Shown piece by piece: positions 56,153 through 64,000 of a stretch of 64,000 nucleotides of DNA; position 1 is the stretch's first letter; each line of letters starts with the position of its first letter. Location: positions 363,506,001-363,570,000 of the forward strand of contig OZ024743.1 in the NCBI GenBank assembly GCA_964016885.1, written 5' to 3'. The position numbers were made by a program, and so were the translations under genes. Below the pieces are notes generated by a model. The model worked only from the letters and a program-made list of their open reading frames with translations. It was not told the origin of the DNA and did no database searches. The DNA comes from Eledone cirrhosa (lineage: Eukaryota).

Positions 56153-59100
56153 AGAACAGTTTTCACAGGACGTTTGCAACCCCTGCCAAAAACCAACAAA
56201 CCGTGTCCTGTTGAAATGTTTCCCCACCCCACTCAACACCCCCACCAGCACTCAAATGGAGATTGAATAACCCGATCTCCAGGAAACGAAAAAGTAAATG
56301 CACCTTTTCATCCTTTTCGCCAACTCTTCTCCACCAACATGGCTGACTTACAAGTTGGAAGCGTGAATATGCGTGGCCTAGAGATGCCTTGGAAACAGGG
56401 CCAACTTTTAAACGACCTTAGGTCACACGGTATAGATGTAATAGCCATCACCGAGTCCAGGATCCACCACAGGCAGCAACTAACCCCCATCTTCAATGAC
56501 TTTGAGATCAACGCATCTCTCTGTCAGTCGGGAGGTGGAGGGGGGGGGGGGGGTGACTGTCATGTTTCGGAAAAACTTGAAGCATTCAGCCTGGTGGCCG
56601 TTTATTCCCCGACCGGGCAATCACAATCGCGGCCAGACTTCTTTAAGCGTCTAGAGTCTTTTCTGGGAATGTCTCGCTCCTTGCTTTTAGTGGGGGACTG
56701 GAATGGTATCCTAGATGCACGATGGGACTATGTGGGAGCATGTCCCAGTAGAGGGGGTGTGCAACAGCCTCAAAAATCTAATCGGCCAATTCCAACTGGC
56801 TGATAGATATCGACTAGATTTCCCTACTGCACCACAGTGGACGTGGGCAAACCGCAGCGGGACATCTAGATCGTATCTAGATAGGTTTTTCATTAGAGAG
56901 AAGATGTTAAGCTGTCCAAAAATGCACATTGTTGCCTATTCAGCTCACAAACTAGTCGTCTGCATAGTCAACCGTGATAGAATACATAGACAAGGACCCG
57001 GATACTGGAAGCTCAACGTGTCGTTGCCGGCACGAAAAGCCTACAGTGAATGGATAAGTAGATTAGTTAAGCAAGAGTTGAGGGAGCCATGGTGGTACTC
57101 TCTCAAGAGAGCAATTAGAGTAGAATCGATAGGGTTTAGAAGAGAATTAGCTTTAGAGAAATAAAAATCAGAAACAGAACTAGTAGCCAAGGTAGAAGAG
57201 GCGCTTAAGAGTGGCAACGCAGCTAGAGTGCAAGCATCGAGAACGGCACTGGACCAGTTCTTCGACGCGAAACACGAAGGCTGCGTGATCAGAAGTAAAT
57301 CACGTGCTCTAGGAAACGAGGGAGCAAAAGCTGTTGGCTGGGCCGGCGTGGCGGAAGCGAAAAGTGGCAACAAGTCCACGATTCGGTCTTTGAAAGACCA
57401 AAACGGACGCTTGCTACTTGACCCCAGGCAGATGTGCGCGGCCTTTCAGCGGCACTTTGCGCGACTGTTTGAGCAGAACGACGGTGCACCGAACGGGGCA
57501 ATGGACTTTGGTTCATACCTCGACGGCCTGCCACGTCTCTCGAGCATGGACGCCGAGTTCTGCGAAAGACCGATCACAGCCACTGAGATACGGGAAGCTC
57601 TGGGCCGCTGCAGGAAACGCAAATCATCCAGTCTAGATGGTCTACCCTATGAGTTTTACATAGGCATGCCGGACTTCTTCAGTGGCGTCCTCGAAGCCGT
57701 CTACAACAATTGGCAGCAGAACGGGAGAATTCCCAGGCAAGGGCGTAGTAACGCTGATCAGGAAAGATGAGAACAAGAGAGATGAAATAAACAATTTCAG
57801 GCCCATAATTCTGTTCAACACAGAGTGAAAGATTTTGGCGAAGGTGCTAGCAACGAGGCTGGCGCTTGTCGAAAACCTGGTAGGGAAAGCGCAAACGTGT
57901 GCAATCCCGACCAGGTCCATACACGACAACCTCAACCTCATGCGATATATCATAGAGAGGATGGGATGTAAACCCGGCTTCGGTGGTGGTCTGATCAATT
58001 TAGATCAGTCTAAGGTATTTGATAGGGTCGACCATCGATATTTGGAAGCGGTTCTCAAGGCGGCCGGTTTCGGTCCCGTTTTCAGAGGCTGGATCAAGGC
58101 GATGCATACCAGCATATACTCAAAGGTCAAGGTGAGCGGCTACCTATCGGATCCGTTCGCAATCACGCGTTCCTTTTGACAGGGATGCCCTCTCTCCTAC
58201 ATTCTGTACGTTTTGACTCTAGATTCACTACAGTGGAAGTTGGAGCTTTTGCAGGGCATCCTTTTAGAACCGGGACTGCGAAGAGCGACGTGACGGTAAT
58301 AGCGTCGAAAACCTCGGAAATCGAGGTAATCGGCAACCTACTACAGGAATACAAAAGGTTCACAGGAGCAAAACTGAACCGGGACAAGTCTGTCGGTTTG
58401 CAACTCGGAACGTGCAGAGGCAAACCGATGCCGTCCGACAGCGTCGTCGGACGCTGGACGGAAGGACCGGTGAAATTGCTCGGGGTCTGGTTCGGTCCAG
58501 ACCTCCAGGTGGAGAAAAACTGGAACGAGGTCCTGGCCAAGGTATTTGCGCTCACCCAGAAGTGGGCAGAGTGCAAGCTGTCTTTGAAAGATCGAGCGGA
58601 GGTGGCGAACACTTTCATAGCATCCGTCATCTACTACCGCTTGACTGTCGTGCCTTTCCCCGTGAATACCTCACCAAGATGGAACGCATGCTCTTCCAGT
58701 TCCTGTGGAAGAAACAGGCTCCACTGGTGAGGAGATCCGTCTGCTTTTAACACCCTTCCGATGGAGGGCTGGGCATGCCGTGGCTAATGATGCGCAAACA
58801 TGCGCTGAGGCTACGGCATCTCCAGGTATTCCTCACCGCCCAACCGGTGTGGGCACCGTTTGTGAAACAGGCTTTCCCACAACCGAGCTGCAGTCCTGGG
58901 TCAAGCGAAGACTGAAGAATACTGAAGAAGATGGGGGCCTGGCACATTGAATGCACCCAGGCGCTCACAGACCTCCGTCATGTGGGCACAGCAATCAGTG
59001 GAGACTCCACTTCGACATTCTATAGGGGGTTAGTACTTTAAAAGTGCGACGACGTGCTCGGGGAGAATCTAGGCGTCGAAGACGACGAGATCACCAGTCT

Positions 59101-59893
59101 GTTCGGTAGGACTTTCCGCCCGAGACCTATGGATAACTTCCAGAAGTCCCTGGCCTGGCAGTGCTACCGAGGAGTTCTACCCGTTCGAGATAAGATCTAC
59201 AGGCACGGACAACCCGGCAGGGATCCTTCCAAGAGGACGTGTCCAAGATGCGAGCAGGACATTGAAACTGTCTTGCACGCAATTGTACACTGCCCGGGCG
59301 TAAGCGATCTGTGGAACTATGCAAACAACTGCTGTTGCGTATGGGACAAATGCAGTTCACTGCCGACGAATCCATAGTAAGGATCAAACTGCTAGCCTCT
59401 TTCAAAAATGAAAGAGAGGCGGTTTTCCTCTGTACAGTGGCTATGGTGAAAGCTGTTATATGGTGGACGAGATTGAGAGGACTGAGGACAGATGCCTTTA
59501 TCTCCGGACAACAATTGATTCCCTTCTTTAAGTATCACTTTAGAAGGAGAATCAGAGTGGAGAGAGAGGCATGGCACCCCAGTAAGTTTACTGAAAGGTG
59601 TGTGAATGAAGCGAAAATGGCCCGAGTGATTGTGCCTTCTCTGTTTATAAACCTGTAGGTTAAAGAAGAGAGCAAAAAGAAGAAAGGAGCACTTGCACAA
59701 CACGCTCCTCAAGTTGAGGGTTGTTCTATCGATGGGGTATTAAACAACCCATTTGTGGTGCCTCCCCCCTATTGGGGATTTCGATTGTTATAATTGTTTG
59801 TTTCAATATTTTTACACGACTGTTGGTAAAAGCCCCGGCATGTGTCTTTGTATTGTCCCCTTTTCTTGTGCATCCTTGTGGCATATAAAGAAG
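56148..59893 (+). mobile_element. L1/Tx1-like LINE copy 2: ORF1 tail + disrupted ORF2 (56339-59658) + 3' UTR
   Basis: Collinear with copy 1; YxDD removed by a deletion near 58280; CPRC...H...C knuckle; ends tataaagaag + (tatc)n. Confidence 0.95.
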
Positions 59894-60138
59894 TATATCT
59901 ATCTATCTGTCTATCTGTCTATCTATCTATCTATCTTGATAGAGTAAGACACGCTTCGCATCGGCTCCGCTATTCCATCGGGATTTACCCTTACTATTGT
60001 AAGTACCGGATAAATTTTTTAGTGCAACACATTTGGAACACTAACCCCTGTTATTTAGGGAAACATTTTTGCATTTACCCCCTTTTTAGGGGGTAAAATA
60101 AATATCTATTTTTGCCGAAAAATTTCTTTCTTGGCAGC

Positions 60139-61974
60139 ATGGCGGAAAAGATGGCAGACATGTCTGCCATTAGCTCTGCCACGCCCCCCAAGTCTGAAGA
60201 ACAAAAAATAATTACAACAAAATTAGACATTGAAACAAACAAACAAAATGAAAAAACAAATGTTAAGGAAAATGAGCAAACAGAAAACAAACAAACAGAA
60301 AATAATACAAATAACGACAGGGCAACTTTCGCCCAGAAAACAAAGCAATCCATTACATACACATCAATTGACCTAACTGCCGCCAGAGAAAAACTGGCCG
60401 AAGCAAAGAAACATATTGTTTTGGGGGAAAACGGAATGTTTTCCATTAACTCCCCCCCAGAATTCAAGAAAGCCAGAGCAGAAAACACAGTTATATACAG
60501 AACTATACTAAACCAGTCAAGAAAGCCAGCACAGCCCAGCCAAATGGAAATAGAGTTAGTCCTAAAAGACTATATGAAGAATATTCTCTTCATACGAAAG
60601 GACCGACTCTATGGCAGCATTTCGGTCCTAACAAGAGACAAAGAAACGGCGGTTCAGCTTTCCCTAAGCCCACTCTCGTCGACAACATATAGCTTCTATC
60701 CCTCCTACATGGGTAGAAGAACTCAGAGAATAAAAGTAAAAACAATGCTGCCCACAATGGACTTCTGGTGGGCTATTGCTGGCTTCATTGATATGGGCGA
60801 AGACACTATGCTGTCAATGGGGAAGGCAACTGGAGATGCGTTCCTGGGAATGGGCCTCGACATACTAGTCCAAATGAGGCCCGAAAGAATAGCACAAATC
60901 CCGGATCGCATCTGGCTGGATGACCTTACCCCAATAGACATAATTGTAGAGGGGAGAAGACCAGCATGCTATTTATGCATGGAAAGGGGACACGTTAAGG
61001 CTAACTGCCCGAAACGTATCCCCCAAAAAGGACTATTGCCCACACCCACCACAAACAGTACACCAGCACCACCCACCTCCAAAAATACACTAATACCACA
61101 CACAGCAAACAAAATACAGACACCACCAACCACAAACACAACACAAACATCACCACCACCAGCACCAAACACAAGCACGACACAAAAATCACCACCACCA
61201 ACCACAACACAAACATCACCACCACCATTACCAACCACAAGCACGACACAAACATTACCACCACCACCACCACAAAACCCATTCCAAACAAATAATAAAA
61301 AAAACAGTAACAAATCTACCCCTCCCGCAAAAAAAAAACAACCACACAACACGTCCCTCCCACCTAGCGCTGAAGAGTTTCCCCCAACTTCTGAAGAAGA
61401 AGGAGGAGAAGCCTTCAGACAAGTTAAAAGAAAAAAAAGAAAACACACACCCAGCACACCACAAATAACCCACACACAAACACCAACTCCAATCAAAAAC
61501 ACCCCACCCTCAACAAACAAAAATAAATCTGCGCCTCCCCTCTCCGAAACATTGACAGCATCACAAAAAAAGACGTTGCAATACACATATATAAATAAAG
61601 AAAACAAAAAACTGGTTAAATTAATAAACAATAACCCTATGGTGCAGACCGAAGGGCCAAACTTTATCTCAACAGAGAACTTCACCCATTTAAAAATGAT
61701 AAAGGTCCCTCTGGACCTTTATCGTTCCTTAAAAGAACAATTTAGACGGGACGTGAGCCCCCCCTGTTTAAAACCGTTGAATCGCGTCCTCTTGAAAGAT
61801 TTCCCCATAACCGCCCCTCTCCCTGACACAACTCCAAATACCCCAACCCCACCACACACGTGTACCCCCACACCACCACAAAACATCCCTCCACCCAACA
61901 CACCTGATGCCATGGAAATTACGCCACCCGGAGAGGTAAGTGCTTTTCTTTCTTCACTTTCAACACCAAAATAG
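60139..61974 (+). CDS. LINE ORF1 protein (~611 aa; RRM-like region, CCHC knuckle, Thr/Pro-rich linker, conserved C-terminal block)
   Basis: gcagcATGG start; CYLCMERGHVKANC; DVSPPCLKPLNRVLLKDFP conserved in copies 1 and 2. Confidence 0.9.
   Translation: MAEKMADMSAISSATPPKSEEQKIITTKLDIETNKQNEKTNVKENEQTENKQTENNTNNDRATFAQKTKQSITYTSIDLTAAREKLAEAKKHIVLGENGMFSINSPPEFKKARAENTVIYRTILNQSRKPAQPSQMEIELVLKDYMKNILFIRKDRLYGSISVLTRDKETAVQLSLSPLSSTTYSFYPSYMGRRTQRIKVKTMLPTMDFWWAIAGFIDMGEDTMLSMGKATGDAFLGMGLDILVQMRPERIAQIPDRIWLDDLTPIDIIVEGRRPACYLCMERGHVKANCPKRIPQKGLLPTPTTNSTPAPPTSKNTLIPHTANKIQTPPTTNTTQTSPPPAPNTSTTQKSPPPTTTQTSPPPLPTTSTTQTLPPPPPQNPFQTNNKKNSNKSTPPAKKKQPHNTSLPPSAEEFPPTSEEEGGEAFRQVKRKKRKHTPSTPQITHTQTPTPIKNTPPSTNKNKSAPPLSETLTASQKKTLQYTYINKENKKLVKLINNNPMVQTEGPNFISTENFTHLKMIKVPLDLYRSLKEQFRRDVSPPCLKPLNRVLLKDFPITAPLPDTTPNTPTPPHTCTPTPPQNIPPPNTPDAMEITPPGEVSAFLSSLSTPK
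61934..61941 (+). promoter_or_regulatory. Consensus 5' splice donor at the ORF1 end (homologues at 52753 and 56294)
   Basis: AG|GTAAGT in copies 1 and 3, AA|GTAAAT in copy 2. Confidence 0.5.
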
Positions 61975-64000
61975 ATCAATTGAGAGTTGGCTGTTTGAAC
62001 GCGCGTGGCCTGAGCTCAGCTTGGAAGCAAGCAAAGCTTCTAAGTGACCTCAGGTCACAAAGTATAGATGTGATGGTTGTTTGCGAGAGTCGGATCAGCA
62101 GCGTGAGACAGCTGGCGCCCGCCTTCGATGACTTTGAGATGCACGCATCTCTCTGTCAACCCGGAGGCGGGGGGGGAGTTGCCGTACTGCTGGATAAACG
62201 TCTGACTCTCGACGTACAGATTGTTCACTCGGACCCGGGGGGTCGATTACTGGTGCTGGACGTCGGAGGTGGTGAAGGCGGGGCTTTCAGACTGGTCGGT
62301 CTTTATGCTCCCTTCGGGGCGGAGAGAGCCGACTTCTTCCAACGTCTGGAGACTTTTCTAGGAACGTCGCGTTCCCTGCTTTTAGTGGGGGACTGGAATG
62401 GAATCCTAGATGCGCGTTGGGACTATGCAGGGGCATGTCCCGATAGAGGGGGGTGTAGCAGCCTCAAGGGGTTACTCGATCGATTCGACCTGGTCGATAG
62501 ATTTCGACTAGATTGTCCAACTGCGCCAACCTGGACCTGGGCAAACCGCAGTGGACAATCTAGATCGTACCTAGATAGGTTTTTGGTTAGGAGTAAGGAT
62601 AGGGACGTATTTAGTTGTCCAGAACTGATCATGGTTGGCTATTCAGATCACAAATTAGTGACCTGCGTGGTCAACCTTGATAGAACGCATAGACAGGGTC
62701 CCGGTTACTGGAAGATGAACTTGTCCTTACCGACAAAGAAAGATTACAGAAACCGGATTAGTAGATTAGTTAAGATGCGGTTGACGGGAGCGATCGTCAA
62801 CAGTAGGTGGTGGATATCTCTAAAGAGAGAGATTAGAGTAAGTTCGATAGGTTACAGTAAGGAACTAGCGGCGAATAGAAATAGGAGGGAAAGGGAGTTA
62901 ACAGATAAACTAGAAGAGGCGATTAGGAGCGGAGACGTAGCCAGAGTGTTAGCGACGAGAACGGCATTGAGCCAGTTCTTTGACGCGAAGCACGAAGGCT
63001 GCGTTGTCCGAAGTAAAATACGTGCTTTAGGAAACGAGGGGACCAAAGCTGTTAGCTGGGCCCGCGTGACAGAAGCCAAGAGTGGGATTAAATCCACCAT
63101 TCGGTCTTTGCGAGACCAGGATGGACGGGTGATCCTTGAACCTGAGCGAATGTGCGAGACCTTTCAAAGGCACTTTGCTCGACTGTTCGGAGGTGGCGGG
63201 GGGCCGGACGGGGATGTGGACTTCGGTCCATACCTCGACGGTCTACCGCGTCTTTCGAGCGGCGAAGCGGAGTGCTGCGAAGGGCCAATCACAGCCACTG
63301 AAATCGGGGAAGCGCTCAGCCAATGCAGCAGACGCAAATCCCCGGGTCTCGATGGTCTACCATACGAACTTTATTTAGCTATGCCGGTCTTGTTCTCCGA
63401 ACTCCTCGAGGCTGTCTATTGCAACTGGCAACAGAACGGGAGAATTCCCTGTTCTGTGACCAAGGGCGTGGTCACGCTAGTGAGGAAGGACGAGAGCAAG
63501 GGGGACGACTTAAGTAACTTTAGGCCCATAACTCTGCTGAATGCAGAGTTACAGATTTTGGCCAAGGTGTTGACGAAGAGGTTGGCGCTTGTGGTGGGTG
63601 GTTTGGTGGGAGACGCGCAGACATGCGCTATCCCGTCCAGGTCCATTCACGACAACCTCCACCTCATGCGATACATCATAGAGAGGGTTGGCTACGAACC
63701 CGGCTTTGGTGGGGCCCTGATCAACTTGGATCAATCTAAGGCGTTCGATAGGGTCGACCATGGTTACCTGGATGCGGTGCTAGCGGCGGCGGGCTTCGGA
63801 CCCGTTTTCAGGGGCTGGATTTCTGCCATGCACAGTGGCAACATCTACTCTAGGATTAAAGTAAACGGCTACCTCTCGGAGCCGTTTCAAATCACCCGAT
63901 CCATCAGACAGGGGTGCCCCCTCTCCTCCCTTCTGTACGTATTGACTCTCGAGCCACTGCTGCGGAAGTTGGAGTTGCTGCGGGGCATACCCCTGGAACC
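61971..64000 (+). CDS. LINE ORF2 (APE endonuclease + reverse transcriptase), 3'-partial; missed by the ORF track
   Basis: Hand translation is open for 676 codons: IDQLRVGCLNARG...CESR...GDWN...YLDRF...SDH...KSPGLDG...FRPITLLN...DQSKAFDRV...RQGCPLS. Confidence 0.93.
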   Translation, partial: MDQLRVGCLNARGLSSAWKQAKLLSDLRSQSIDVMVVCESRISSVRQLAPAFDDFEMHASLCQPGGGGGVAVLLDKRLTLDVQIVHSDPGGRLLVLDVGGGEGGAFRLVGLYAPFGAERADFFQRLETFLGTSRSLLLVGDWNGILDARWDYAGACPDRGGCSSLKGLLDRFDLVDRFRLDCPTAPTWTWANRSGQSRSYLDRFLVRSKDRDVFSCPELIMVGYSDHKLVTCVVNLDRTHRQGPGYWKMNLSLPTKKDYRNRISRLVKMRLTGAIVNSRWWISLKREIRVSSIGYSKELAANRNRRERELTDKLEEAIRSGDVARVLATRTALSQFFDAKHEGCVVRSKIRALGNEGTKAVSWARVTEAKSGIKSTIRSLRDQDGRVILEPERMCETFQRHFARLFGGGGGPDGDVDFGPYLDGLPRLSSGEAECCEGPITATEIGEALSQCSRRKSPGLDGLPYELYLAMPVLFSELLEAVYCNWQQNGRIPCSVTKGVVTLVRKDESKGDDLSNFRPITLLNAELQILAKVLTKRLALVVGGLVGDAQTCAIPSRSIHDNLHLMRYIIERVGYEPGFGGALINLDQSKAFDRVDHGYLDAVLAAAGFGPVFRGWISAMHSGNIYSRIKVNGYLSEPFQITRSIRQGCPLSSLLYVLTLEPLLRKLELLRGIPLE

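Larger units (their letters stand above)
59936..64000 (+). mobile_element. L1/Tx1-like LINE copy 3, apparently intact, runs off the window
   Basis: 5' UTR, unbroken ORF1 and ORF2. Confidence 0.95.

Noticed and set aside
60969-63761. Antisense ORFs across LINE copy 3
   Set aside because: Shadow frames of ORF1/ORF2 with low-complexity composition

Overview
Eukaryotic, AT-rich, microsatellite-saturated animal DNA. The repeat style suggests an octopus/cephalopod genome (inference). There is no CRISPR array, rRNA gene or true tRNA gene, and most short ORFs in the track are translations of (TA)n/(CA)n/(TATG)n/(ACC)n. The window is mostly mobile DNA: a head-to-tail array of three L1/Tx1-type LINEs (51170-64000; the third has intact ORF1 and an ORF2 open to the window edge), several Penelope-like elements, R4/Dong-, CRE- and RTE-type fragments, two non-autonomous Helitrons, a decayed hAT transposase, MITEs and many tRNA-derived SINEs. 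Signals worth a second look: (i) a conserved splice donor at the end of LINE ORF1 plus an acceptor on the ORF2 stop, suggesting ORF2 is a removable intron; (ii) LINE copies stacked in (TATC)n; (iii) many minimal type-I hammerhead ribozymes, several inside fold-back palindromes; (iv) about 10 diverged palindromes, mostly abutting (TA)n, including a head-to-head Helitron; (v) a tentative minus-strand microexon host gene at 38.5-50.5 kb.
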